This document shows, piece after piece, positions 48,016-56,918 of a stretch of 58,315 nt of DNA. Position 1 is the stretch's first letter. Every line of letters starts with the position of its first letter. Origin of the DNA: an uncultured Anaeroplasmataceae bacterium (GTDB lineage: Bacteria > Bacillota_I > Bacilli_A > Acholeplasmatales > Anaeroplasmataceae); the NCBI GenBank assembly GCA_964544095.1, contig CAZJAM010000004.1:1-58315 (forward strand). Direction: 5' to 3'. Under the pieces are notes generated by a model. It searched no databases, had not been told where the DNA came from, and was given only the letters and a program-made list of their open reading frames with translations. The position numbers and the translations under genes were made by a program.

Positions 48016-48783
48016 ATGTCAGAAACTATTGAAGGTAAAGATACATCCTTTGAAACATTAGATAATGAATATATTTCAATTGATTCTATAAATAGTGAGG
48101 ATAAAACTGAACCTAAAAAAGAAGACAAAAAGTCTAATCCTAAGAAACAAAAGAAATTCAAATCAAAAATCAATAAAGAAAAAAAGGTAACATCATTCAT
48201 TTATAGATGGCGTAAATTATTAATAATTGGGGCTTTCCTATTATTTATTTTAATAACTATACCTACTGCTTATGGTATTGAATATGCAAGAACAAAGGTT
48301 ACTCCTTTTGAATCTGAATCATATGAAACATTATCTAGTGAATCTTCACTTCCTGATTTTGATTTTACTATGTATTGTTCACAATATGGTGAGCCTGATG
48401 ATTATGAAGATTCAAAAGAATTACAATTCCAATATACTATTAATAATTTTGATGAAACTAACTTTGATATAAAAACTGTAAAGCTAAAACTCGCAATTGG
48501 TGATAGTCATTGGACTAATAATTATTATGAAGGTTCTTATTCTACTCTATTCTCAGACCCTACAGCTAAATCCAGCAAATCATCAACATACACAGGATTA
48601 AGTTCATATAAATATTCTTATCCTGCTAAAAAGTGGGGATTCGTTAAAATTGAACATCCAACAGTTTATGCACTACTTACATATACAAAAACTAAAGTTG
48701 GTGGACAAGCTATAACTTATACATACATGATTAAATATTCATATTCTGAATGGTTTAAGAGTGGAACTACAAAAATTATTTAA
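48016..48783 (+). CDS. Hypothetical type-II membrane protein with Lys-rich cytoplasmic N-terminus and Tyr/Ser/Thr-rich extracytoplasmic domain
   Basis: 255 aa with RBS AGGTGA 6 nt upstream and a single TM helix (LLIIGAFLLFILITIPTAY). No known motif was recognised. Confidence 0.6.
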   Translation: MSETIEGKDTSFETLDNEYISIDSINSEDKTEPKKEDKKSNPKKQKKFKSKINKEKKVTSFIYRWRKLLIIGAFLLFILITIPTAYGIEYARTKVTPFESESYETLSSESSLPDFDFTMYCSQYGEPDDYEDSKELQFQYTINNFDETNFDIKTVKLKLAIGDSHWTNNYYEGSYSTLFSDPTAKSSKSSTYTGLSSYKYSYPAKKWGFVKIEHPTVYALLTYTKTKVGGQAITYTYMIKYSYSEWFKSGTTKII

Positions 48784-48807
48784 AAAGCCTTTGTGGCTTT
48801 TTATTTT
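48783..48807 (+). terminator. Rho-independent terminator/attenuator between the two plus-strand orphan genes
   Basis: The stem AAAAGCC/GGCTTTT with loop TTTGT is followed by TATTTT. The RBS of the next gene follows immediately. Confidence 0.5.
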
Positions 48808-48821
48808 AAAGGAGAATTCTT

Positions 48822-49604
48822 ATGGATACAATTGATTTCATAAATTATTCATATAATAAAAGAATGGATTTTCTAGATATCCTTTCAAATTGTAAGGAAC
48901 AAAATATAGAAATGATACCACGTGGTGAAGAATCATTTTATTTAAAAAGGATTTATGAAGAATATGAAAAATACCTTCATAAAATGTATGATGATTATAA
49001 AAATGAATTTGAATTCAATAAGGAATTTGATTCAATAATCTACGACTTTCTTTCTACTATTAAAGCACAAGTAGATGATGCCTCGTATATAACAAGAGAT
49101 GAGAGATGTCTTCATCTTACATGCATTGAATACAATATGCTTGTAGATATTTTTAAATTTTCATACGAGCTATATAGTGTAGGACATAACTTATGTGAGA
49201 CTGACTTCTTCCATGGTACTTCTCTTACAGAGCTTTTAGAAAATAATAAAATTACAATAGAGGAATTTAGAAGTGAATCATTTTATGATATAGATAATTT
49301 CAACCATATAACACTTCCTGATGATATAGATTATCTTAAGGAATCTAAAATGATTGATATATATTTACTTGCATCCCTATCTGATATTTTGCAATCTAGT
49401 GAATATGACGATTTTTTTAATATAATATATCAGTTTAAAAGGCAAGGATTATTAGATGGTAAAATGTATCGTTATTTTATTACTATGGAAGATGTTCTTC
49501 GTATGAAAAAAGGTATTATAAAGGATATAGCATATACAATAATAATTTGTTGCACAATATTATCTATAGGAATATTTGCAGCATATAATATCATATTAAA
49601 ATAG
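48822..49604 (+). CDS. Hypothetical tail-anchored protein, 260 aa
   Basis: RBS AAAGGAGA. A helical soluble region precedes a single C-terminal TM helix (IAYTIIICCTILSIGIFAAYNIIL). No known motif was recognised. Confidence 0.6.
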   Translation: MDTIDFINYSYNKRMDFLDILSNCKEQNIEMIPRGEESFYLKRIYEEYEKYLHKMYDDYKNEFEFNKEFDSIIYDFLSTIKAQVDDASYITRDERCLHLTCIEYNMLVDIFKFSYELYSVGHNLCETDFFHGTSLTELLENNKITIEEFRSESFYDIDNFNHITLPDDIDYLKESKMIDIYLLASLSDILQSSEYDDFFNIIYQFKRQGLLDGKMYRYFITMEDVLRMKKGIIKDIAYTIIICCTILSIGIFAAYNIILK

Positions 49605-49625
49605 AGGATTTTGTCCTCTTTTTTA
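49603..49625 (+). terminator. Rho-independent terminator of the 260-aa gene
   Basis: The stem AGAGGA/TCCTCT with a 5-nt loop is followed by a T6 run. Confidence 0.6.
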
Positions 49626-49626
49626 G

Positions 49627-49655
49627 TACAAAAAAACACCAATTTAATGGTGTTT
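49627..49655 (-). terminator. Rho-independent terminator of the ABC transporter operon
   Basis: The stem AAACACCA/TGGTGTTT with a 6-nt loop is followed by UUUUGU on the minus strand. Confidence 0.6.
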
Positions 49656-50422
49656 TATTCACTAAGTAGTGTAGCGTCACTAAAATTACCTGAATATGTT
49701 TTTAGTAGTGCTTCTTCAGTCATGTTTTTCTTTTCATCACCTGAAATATCAAGTACTACCTTACCTCTATTTAATATAATTAATCTATTACCATATTCTA
49801 GAGCTGACTTAAGGTTATGAGTAATCATTAATGTTGGAATTTTCTTATCACTAACAATTCTATTTGTTATATTCATAACAATCTCTTGAGTCTTAGGATC
49901 AAGAGCTGCAGTATGTTCATCAAGTAATAATACTTTAGGGTTAGAATTTGTTGCCATATATAATGTTAATGATTGTCTTTGTCCTCCAGATAAAGACTTT
50001 GCGGCTGTATCAAGCTGAGTTTCTAAACCAAGGCCATACGTTTCAAGTTCTTTAATAGCTTCTTCTTTATATTCTTTTTTCTTAAAGAAAGAAATTCTTC
50101 CCTTAGTACTAAGCATCATATTTTCAAATACAGTTAAGTTAGGTGCTGTACCTCTTAATGGATCTTGATATACTACACCTATTTTTTTGGCACGTTTATG
50201 TTGTGGCACATTATCAAGAGCCTCTCCATCTAGTTCAATATGACCTGTATAATCTAGTGAGCCAAGTATTGCGTTAAATAATGTAGATTTACCTGCACCA
50301 TTTGAACCAAGAATACAAATAAAGTCTCCATCATTTACAGTTAAATTAAATTTCTTTAACACCATTTTTTCAAGGGGTGTACCGCAATTAAATCCAACAG
50401 TTAGATTTTCTATTTTAAGCAT
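49655..50422 (-). CDS. ABC transporter ATP-binding protein (COG1101-like)
   Basis: Motifs are Walker A GSNGAGKST, signature LSGGQRQ and Walker B LLLDEHTAALD. The ATG at 50422 (MLKIENL) follows GGAGGAG and overlaps the permease stop by 8 nt. The longer ORF-track N-terminus was rejected. Confidence 0.9.
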   Translation of the reverse strand: MLKIENLTVGFNCGTPLEKMVLKKFNLTVNDGDFICILGSNGAGKSTLFNAILGSLDYTGHIELDGEALDNVPQHKRAKKIGVVYQDPLRGTAPNLTVFENMMLSTKGRISFFKKKEYKEEAIKELETYGLGLETQLDTAAKSLSGGQRQSLTLYMATNSNPKVLLLDEHTAALDPKTQEIVMNITNRIVSDKKIPTLMITHNLKSALEYGNRLIILNRGKVVLDISGDEKKNMTEEALLKTYSGNFSDATLLSE

Positions 50423-51383
50423 TGTCTGACTCCTCCCCACTATCAAGTTCAGAAGCAGCCACAAGACTCTTCTTTTTATGTTTATAATCATTAATAAGCT
50501 TAGATCCTACAAGTACTATGATTACAAGTAATGCGGAAATCAATTGTAAATAGTTAGTATCAATGAAATCAGCTCTTAGGGCTAAAGCAAATATAAATCT
50601 ATAAATTATAGAACCACCAACAATTCCTAAAAGCATAATATTAAGGTTATGTGATCTTCTTACTAAAACCTCACCAATAATAATTGTCGCAACTCCTACA
50701 ACCATCATTCCATTTTCAATTCTTGCGGCATACGAACCTCTTTGCATAACATAAAGTGCTCCTGCAAATGCGACAATTGCATTTGATAAAGATAAGCCAA
50801 TAATTTTCATTAAATCAGTAGATATTCCTTGTGTTTTTGTCATTTGTTCATTATCACCACATGCACGAATGGAAAGTCCAAGCTTTGTCTTAAAGAATAA
50901 CGCAAGTAATACTCCCACTATTGCAGTAATTATAATAAGTACAATCATTACTATATAAGGTTTAGAACCAATTTGAGTAAATATAGTTGTACCTTTAGTA
51001 GAAAGACCTATTGAAGAGTTGGTAAAACCATCTTTCTTAGTGGCAATAATATTAATTGTATAAAATGCTGTTAATGTTAAAATTCCTGATAATACTGAAT
51101 TAATTTTAGTTTTAGTATTTAACAAAGCTGTAATAAGTCCTGCAAATGCACCACCAAGAAATGCACATATTAACGCAAGTATTGGTTTAATATTATTTAA
51201 GGAACCAAAATCAGTTATTTTATTATTACATATCATTCCACAAATAACTGCACCAAATCCAAATGAGGCTTCTACTGTTAAATCTGTGAAATTTAATATT
51301 TTGAATGATAAGAATACACCAAATCCTAATATTGCGAACACCATCGCAATAGATATAGTGTCCATTATAGTATTACCACTCAT
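50415..51383 (-). CDS. ABC transporter permease (COG4120-like)
   Basis: 322-aa polytopic membrane protein located between the binding-protein and ATPase genes. Confidence 0.85.
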   Translation of the reverse strand: MSGNTIMDTISIAMVFAILGFGVFLSFKILNFTDLTVEASFGFGAVICGMICNNKITDFGSLNNIKPILALICAFLGGAFAGLITALLNTKTKINSVLSGILTLTAFYTINIIATKKDGFTNSSIGLSTKGTTIFTQIGSKPYIVMIVLIIITAIVGVLLALFFKTKLGLSIRACGDNEQMTKTQGISTDLMKIIGLSLSNAIVAFAGALYVMQRGSYAARIENGMMVVGVATIIIGEVLVRRSHNLNIMLLGIVGGSIIYRFIFALALRADFIDTNYLQLISALLVIIVLVGSKLINDYKHKKKSLVAASELDSGEESDNA

Positions 51384-51406
51384 TATATCAACCCTTTCTA
51401 ATTAAT

Positions 51407-52402
51407 TTAAGCTTTTAAATCTGTTCCTTTAGCACGAATTTCTGTTGTTACTAACTGGTCATACTTTGCACACTTTGCAAAGAAGTTTGAATTATAATAT
51501 AGATTTAAATCAGATTCTTCATTAAAGTATTTTACTGCAACATCAGATACCTTTTTCTTATCTTTTACAATTTCAACTACCATTTCACCAGTCTTCTTAG
51601 CAAGAGCTGTGTATGATACTGAATATCCCATCATACCACCATCTTTTACCTCAGAATCAGCAGCACAATACATTGCGATATCATTCTTTGCACATAAATC
51701 AGATAATGTATCCATACCTGCCGCAACATTATTATCATCAGATACTATTAATGCTTCAATACCACTATCCTTAATTGCATTAAAAGTCTCAGTAAGTTCT
51801 GATGTGTTATTAATAGTCTTAGTTGTAAGTTCAAAATTCATAGACTTTGAAAGATCATTTAATGTTTTAGCGTTTGTAACTGAATTAGCTTCTGTAGATG
51901 TATAAATATATCCAAATTTCTTTGTATCACTCTTTACTTCTCTTGCAAGATCAATAAGTTTATTCAATTGCATTGCATCAGAAGTACCTGTTACATTATT
52001 TCCAACAACATCTGCACCCTCTGGGTCAGATACTGCTGCAAATATTACAGGGACGTCAGAGAATGTATTAACTGCTGCAAGAGCTACTGGTGTTGCGATT
52101 GTAACTATTGCCGCAAGATCATCATCCTTAATCTTAGTTAAAGTTTGGTCAATAGTTGCTGAATCAAAATTGCAGTTATAAGTATCAATCTTATAATCAG
52201 ATGATAAGTTTGCTTTTAATGTACTTACAACTCCTGACTCAATTTCATCAAGCGAAGTATGAGTTCCATACTTTAAAACGGCGATTGTTCTTGCATTTGG
52301 ATCTGCATAAACATCACTTTCTTCCTCGGTTTTACATGAAGTAAAAAGGAGTGTTACTAGTGCTACAAGCACAAGCGAAATAATTGTACCTATTTTTTTC
52401 AT
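51407..52402 (-). CDS. ABC transporter substrate-binding lipoprotein (COG2984 / ABC_sub_bind-like)
   Basis: 331 aa with a signal peptide and lipobox LLFTSC. It is the first gene after the T-box leader, and the RBS is AAAGAGGT. Confidence 0.8.
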   Translation of the reverse strand: MKKIGTIISLVLVALVTLLFTSCKTEEESDVYADPNARTIAVLKYGTHTSLDEIESGVVSTLKANLSSDYKIDTYNCNFDSATIDQTLTKIKDDDLAAIVTIATPVALAAVNTFSDVPVIFAAVSDPEGADVVGNNVTGTSDAMQLNKLIDLAREVKSDTKKFGYIYTSTEANSVTNAKTLNDLSKSMNFELTTKTINNTSELTETFNAIKDSGIEALIVSDDNNVAAGMDTLSDLCAKNDIAMYCAADSEVKDGGMMGYSVSYTALAKKTGEMVVEIVKDKKKVSDVAVKYFNEESDLNLYYNSNFFAKCAKYDQLVTTEIRAKGTDLKA

Positions 52403-52423
52403 AATATTTTACCTCTTTTCCTA

Positions 52424-52655
52424 ATAAAAAAAGCTTATCCTAAAAAATAGGACAAGCTAATATACCTGCGGTACCACCTAAAATTGACGATAAATATCGA
52501 CCACTCTAAAGCTTATAACGAAGCAATCCGTATCTAGCTACTATATTTCGCTAAATCCCTCAGAGGCCCATCATTATATAAGTAACTATAGGCTTTCACC
52601 TAATGCCTACTCTCTTATAAGTTACACCAATATAAATCCTTCTCATCTTAGGTTT
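52424..52655 (-). promoter_or_regulatory. T-box riboswitch leader (specifier most likely UGG, Trp) with intrinsic terminator
   Basis: On the minus-strand RNA, Stem I has GAUGAGA (K-turn region), the AG bulge AAGAGAG and the distal loop UUAGGUGAAAG. The T-box sequence AAUUUUAGGUGGUACCGCAGG lies at 52465-52485. The terminator AGCUUGUCCU/AGGAUAAGCU plus U7 lies at 52424-52458. The 7-nt specifier-loop 3' side reads UGA-UGG-G (UGG at 52568-52570). Confidence 0.85.
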
Positions 52656-52661
52656 GCCATA

Positions 52662-52690
52662 ATTTTATAACAAACCAAAATTTATGTCAA
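52662..52690 (-). promoter_or_regulatory. Sigma-A promoter driving the T-box leader
   Basis: The minus strand reads TTGACA (52685-52690), a 17-nt spacer and TAAAAT (52662-52667). Confidence 0.6.
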
Positions 52691-52700
52691 TATGTTTTAT

Positions 52701-52730
52701 AAAAGAAAAAGTGTAGCCGAACGCTACACT
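52701..52730 (-). terminator. Rho-independent terminator of recA
   Basis: A perfect 8-bp stem AGTGTAGC/GCTACACT with a 5-nt loop is followed by UUUUUCUUUU. Confidence 0.75.
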
Positions 52731-52736
52731 TGATTT

Positions 52737-53714
52737 TTATAACTTTTCACGAATTTTATTCTCAATTTCCTCTGCTATAGAAGGATTGTTGTTTAAATAT
52801 TCCTTTGTTTTCTCTCGACCTTGGCCAATTTTTTCACCATTATATGAATACCAAGCTCCAGACTTAGTAATAATACCAAGATCAGATCCAGCATCTACTA
52901 TTTCTCCTGTATGAGAGATTCCAGTTCCATAAATAATTTCTACAGAACACGATCTAAATGGTGGAGCTACCTTATTCTTTACAACCTTAATATTAGTCAT
53001 ATTACCAACAATATTAGTTCCATCCTTAATAGCCTCACCACGTCTTATTTCAAGACGTACTGATGCGAAGAACTTTAATGCTCTTCCTCCTGTTGTAGTT
53101 TCAGGATTTCCAAACATTACACCAACTTTCTCACGAATTTGGTTAATAAATATCGCAACACAATTAGTTTTAGAAATTACTCCAGATAATTTACGCATTG
53201 CTTGAGACATAAGTCTTGCGTGCGCTCCTACCATAGATTGTCCCATATCACCATTTAATTCAGCTTCAGGTACAAGAGCCGCAACAGAGTCAATAACTAT
53301 TACATCAATTGAACCTGACTTAATTAATGCTTCCGCAATATCAAGTGCTTGCTCGCCATTATCTGGTTGAGATAATACTAAGTTTTCAACATCTACGCCT
53401 AAATTCTTTGCATATACTGGATCTAGAGCGTGTTCTGCATCAATAAATGCTGCAAATCCTCCATTCTTTTGTGCATTGGCAATTGCGTGCAATGCAAAAG
53501 TTGTCTTTCCTGATGACTCAGGACCATAAATCTCAATAATTCTTCCTCTTGGGTATCCACCAACACCTAAAGCTTTGTCTAATGTAATTGATCCTGTAGG
53601 GATTACATCTACCTTCGTAATTGGCTTGTCACCAAGTTTCATGACTGAACCATTTCCATATTGTTTTTCAATATCCTTTAAAGCCTTTGCTAAGGCTTCT
53701 TCACGTTCATTCAT
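52737..53714 (-). CDS. recA: Recombinase RecA (short form, no acidic C-terminal tail)
   Basis: 325 aa with Walker [10 protein letters not shown], Walker [11 protein letters not shown] and the L1/L2 loops. It ends at ...[11 protein letters not shown]. Confidence 0.97.
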   Translation of the reverse strand: MNEREEALAKALKDIEKQYGNGSVMKLGDKPITKVDVIPTGSITLDKALGVGGYPRGRIIEIYGPESSGKTTFALHAIANAQKNGGFAAFIDAEHALDPVYAKNLGVDVENLVLSQPDNGEQALDIAEALIKSGSIDVIVIDSVAALVPEAELNGDMGQSMVGAHARLMSQAMRKLSGVISKTNCVAIFINQIREKVGVMFGNPETTTGGRALKFFASVRLEIRRGEAIKDGTNIVGNMTNIKVVKNKVAPPFRSCSVEIIYGTGISHTGEIVDAGSDLGIITKSGAWYSYNGEKIGQGREKTKEYLNNNPSIAEEIENKIREKL

Positions 53715-53759
53715 AATTTCACCTCCATAATATATATAGCAAGTTAGTATTATTTTTTA

Positions 53760-54416
53760 CTAAATCGATTTTAAAATTATTTTTCTATTCTTCCAGAAAT
53801 AATCAATTCCAGATATTATAGTAAGAAGTGTCGCTACCATAAATAAGGCAAATCCAACCCATTCAACCCAAGATGCTAGTCCAAAGAAGAATAAAATAGT
53901 TAAAGCTACCATTGTTGAAGCTGTCTTCCACTTACCAAGCTTAGATGCTGCGATAACATCACCATTTCCTGCAGCTACAAGTCTAATTCCTGAAACCATA
54001 AATTCACGAATCATAATACATACAACTGCCCATAGTGGTACTACTGTAGCAAATACCCCAATACTAGATCCTTGTGCTAGAAGTAAGAATAGTGCTGTAA
54101 ATACTAAGCACTTATCTGCAAGTGGATCTGCAAATTTTCCAAAAGTTGTGACAAGATTATACTTTCTTGCAATCTTTCCATCAAGCATATCAGTTAATGA
54201 TGCAAGTACAAATAATATCGCATCTATAAAGTTTGCATAAGAAACACTTTTAAAAATATAATTTTCTCTAAGATATGGAATGTAGAATATAATTACTATT
54301 GCAGGAATAAACAAAATTCTCATAATAGTAAGCTTATTTGGTAATGTCATTCCCTTTCTCTTAGGAGTTTCTTCTAAAGACTTTTCATCTTCCCTAACTT
54401 CATTATTTATTTCCAT
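53760..54416 (-). CDS. pgsA: CDP-diacylglycerol--glycerol-3-phosphate 3-phosphatidyltransferase
   Basis: The CDP-alcohol phosphatidyltransferase motif is DMLDGKIARKYNLVTTFGKFADPLADK. The ATG at 54416 lies 5 nt after AGGTGA. Confidence 0.9.
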   Translation of the reverse strand: MEINNEVREDEKSLEETPKRKGMTLPNKLTIMRILFIPAIVIIFYIPYLRENYIFKSVSYANFIDAILFVLASLTDMLDGKIARKYNLVTTFGKFADPLADKCLVFTALFLLLAQGSSIGVFATVVPLWAVVCIMIREFMVSGIRLVAAGNGDVIAASKLGKWKTASTMVALTILFFFGLASWVEWVGFALFMVATLLTIISGIDYFWKNRKIILKSI

Positions 54417-54491
54417 TATAATCACCTTTCAAACGAATTCTAACAAAATGATTATATCATACTAAAGCGCTTTAATAAAGTATAGTTTTAT

Positions 54492-55634
54492 TTACTTATT
54501 ATTAAAGAAAGCTCTAGGCTCATCATTATAGAATACTTGATCTATTATACCTCCACCAAGACATACTTCACCATCATATAGTGCACATACTTGACCTGGT
54601 GTAACTGCATAATATTCATCATATGTAACCTCAAGTGTTTTATCATCAATAATTTTTACATAAACACCTTTATCAGGTTGACGATATCTAAACTTAGCAC
54701 CATATTCTCTACCTTCTATAGGTAAATCATATACAAACGAATAATCCTTAACTATTATTCTATTAGATTTTAATAATATATCATGTTCATCTTGAGATAC
54801 AATTAACGCATTTTTCTCTAAATTCTTACCTATTACAAACCATGGCTTATTCTCAAATTTATTATTACCACCAATATTCAATCCTTTTCTTTGACCAATT
54901 GTGTAATACATAAGTCCATCATGCTCTCCAACTTTTATTCCATCAATTGTTTCCATATTACCAGGAATTGAAGGAAGATAGTTCTTTAAGAATTCATGAA
55001 ATCTTCTTTCACCAATGAAGCATATACCAGTTGAATCCTTTTTATGAGCAGTCACTAAACCATATTCCTCTGCAATTCTTCTTACCTCAGGCTTAATAAT
55101 ATCACCTATAGGAAATAATGCCTTAGATAATTGTTCTTGTGACAACAAGCATAAAAAGTATGTTTGATCTTTATTTTTATCTACTGCACGAAGTAATCTT
55201 GTGATCCCATCACTTCTATCCACTTGTGCGTAATGTCCCATCGCAATATAATCAGCATTAAGTCTTAAAGCTTCTTTTAAAAATGCTTTAAACTTAATTT
55301 CTTTATTACACATTACATCAGGATTAGGAGTTCTATCTTTCTTATATTCATCTAAAAAATATGAAAATACATTATCCCAATATTCCTCAATAAAATCTAT
55401 TCTATGAAGTTTAATTCCAAGCTTATTACTAACAGCTAATGCATCAGCATAATCTTTTTCTTCAGGACATATATCGTCATTTTTAGTAGGATTACCTAAA
55501 ACATCATTATTAACAGATGCATCCCAGTTTCTCATAAATAATCCTTCTACATCATATCCTTGTTCCATAAGCTTAATGGCGGCAACTGATGAATCTACTC
55601 CACCAGAAAGTCCTAATATAACCTTTTTCTTCAT
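54492..55634 (-). CDS. mnmA: tRNA-specific 2-thiouridylase MnmA
   Basis: 380 aa with the PP-loop LSGGVDSSVAA and catalytic Cys contexts (PNPDVMCN, DSTGICFIG). Confidence 0.95.
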   Translation of the reverse strand: MKKKVILGLSGGVDSSVAAIKLMEQGYDVEGLFMRNWDASVNNDVLGNPTKNDDICPEEKDYADALAVSNKLGIKLHRIDFIEEYWDNVFSYFLDEYKKDRTPNPDVMCNKEIKFKAFLKEALRLNADYIAMGHYAQVDRSDGITRLLRAVDKNKDQTYFLCLLSQEQLSKALFPIGDIIKPEVRRIAEEYGLVTAHKKDSTGICFIGERRFHEFLKNYLPSIPGNMETIDGIKVGEHDGLMYYTIGQRKGLNIGGNNKFENKPWFVIGKNLEKNALIVSQDEHDILLKSNRIIVKDYSFVYDLPIEGREYGAKFRYRQPDKGVYVKIIDDKTLEVTYDEYYAVTPGQVCALYDGEVCLGGGIIDQVFYNDEPRAFFNNK

Positions 55635-55679
55635 TATATTACCTCACAAACTGTGCTTATTATATTATAAATATAATAT

Positions 55680-56870
55680 TTATTCAAGTTTTACATTATC
55701 ACTATCAAGTTCAATATTAGAAATACTTACAAACCTTTTATCTATTTTATCAACAGTAACATTAAAATCATTTTTATTTTTTGTTAAAGTATCAATTGAA
55801 CTTGATATCTTTTCCCAACGTTCAGCAAATCTTTTAAATTCAACACCAAGTGCGCTTAACGCATTACTTATTTCTTTAATATTTTTACTCTTTTTCTCAT
55901 CAAGTTGCATAAGCTTAAAAGACGCAATAAGTGGTATTAGTATTGTAGGACATACAAGTATAACATTATTCTTTCTTGCATATTCACAAACATCCATTAA
56001 ATTAAGTTCAATATATGAAAATATTGCATCTGATGGTATATACATAATTGCTTGATTAATAGTTTTGCCATCAATTATGTATTTTTTTGTTTCATCAATT
56101 CTATTCTTAAGAGATTGCCTAAAAGATTGTTTTGCTTCCTTTGTTTCTATTTCACTAAGTTTATTATCAATTAACTTATCATATCCTACAAGAGAAAACT
56201 TAGAATCAATTGGTACCATATTTGTTTTATTTTCATTTAAGAATATTATCGCATCAACTCTTAATCCTTTATCTATTTCATATTGAGAATCATATGTAAT
56301 ACCTTTAGTCTCACCAAATGTATTTTCAAGCATACGCTCTAAAGACCATTCTCCATATTTTCCTCTTGTTTGATTATTAGATAATATATTAGAAAGTCCT
56401 ACAACATTATTATTTAAACCTTCAAGTGATTTTTGTGCTTCTTCAAGAGTTCCTAAATCCTTTTTTAGTTTTTCAACTGTTTCAAGTGTTGTCTTAAATC
56501 CATCAGTCATTGATTTATTAACTCTATCATTAATTCCTCTTAAATTTTCATCAATTCTTTTATTTATACTAGCAATTTTAATTTCTAATGCTTCATTAAT
56601 TTTTCCTTGAAAATCAAGCATTCTTTTATTATCACGCTCAGTTTGAGTATGAAAATCTTCATTTAGTGACTTAGATAAAAAAGTAATTTTATCATCAAGT
56701 TTAAGTGCTACATCACTAGGTAATGATTTTTCAAGTGTTTCTACCTTATTATTTAATTTTATGATTTCTTCAGATGAATGGTTAACATTCTTTCTTAAAA
56801 GTAAGATTACTACAAGTAATATAAGTATTAAAACTAACGCTATTAATACTATCAATAATATTTTCTCCAT
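55680..56870 (-). CDS. rmuC: DNA recombination protein RmuC
   Basis: 396 aa with an N-terminal TM helix, a long coiled coil and a C-terminal RmuC nuclease-like region (GEWSLERMLE...VDAIIFL...IPIDSKF...YIPSD). Confidence 0.85.
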   Translation of the reverse strand: MEKILLIVLIALVLILILLVVILLLRKNVNHSSEEIIKLNNKVETLEKSLPSDVALKLDDKITFLSKSLNEDFHTQTERDNKRMLDFQGKINEALEIKIASINKRIDENLRGINDRVNKSMTDGFKTTLETVEKLKKDLGTLEEAQKSLEGLNNNVVGLSNILSNNQTRGKYGEWSLERMLENTFGETKGITYDSQYEIDKGLRVDAIIFLNENKTNMVPIDSKFSLVGYDKLIDNKLSEIETKEAKQSFRQSLKNRIDETKKYIIDGKTINQAIMYIPSDAIFSYIELNLMDVCEYARKNNVILVCPTILIPLIASFKLMQLDEKKSKNIKEISNALSALGVEFKRFAERWEKISSSIDTLTKNKNDFNVTVDKIDKRFVSISNIELDSDNVKLE

Positions 56871-56918
56871 AATATTCGCTCCTCATATAATATATAACAA
56901 CAAAAGGGTAATTTTGCT

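Noticed and set aside
5125-54425. Several N-terminal extensions in the ORF track begin at GTG or TTG codons. The affected starts are 5125, 5059, 14316, 18623, 20349, 28764, 43448, 45300, 46177, 47810, 50491 and 54425.
   Set aside because: In most cases the GTG is part of the Shine-Dalgarno sequence itself (A)GGTGA, and an ATG follows about 5 nt later. This recurring AGGTGA-N5-ATG pattern supports the shorter starts I used. 46177 additionally lies inside the rny terminator stem. 14316 is a TTG, and there the ATG at 14301 follows GGAG by 9 nt. At 50491 the ATG at 50422 is preferred because it follows GGAGGAG.
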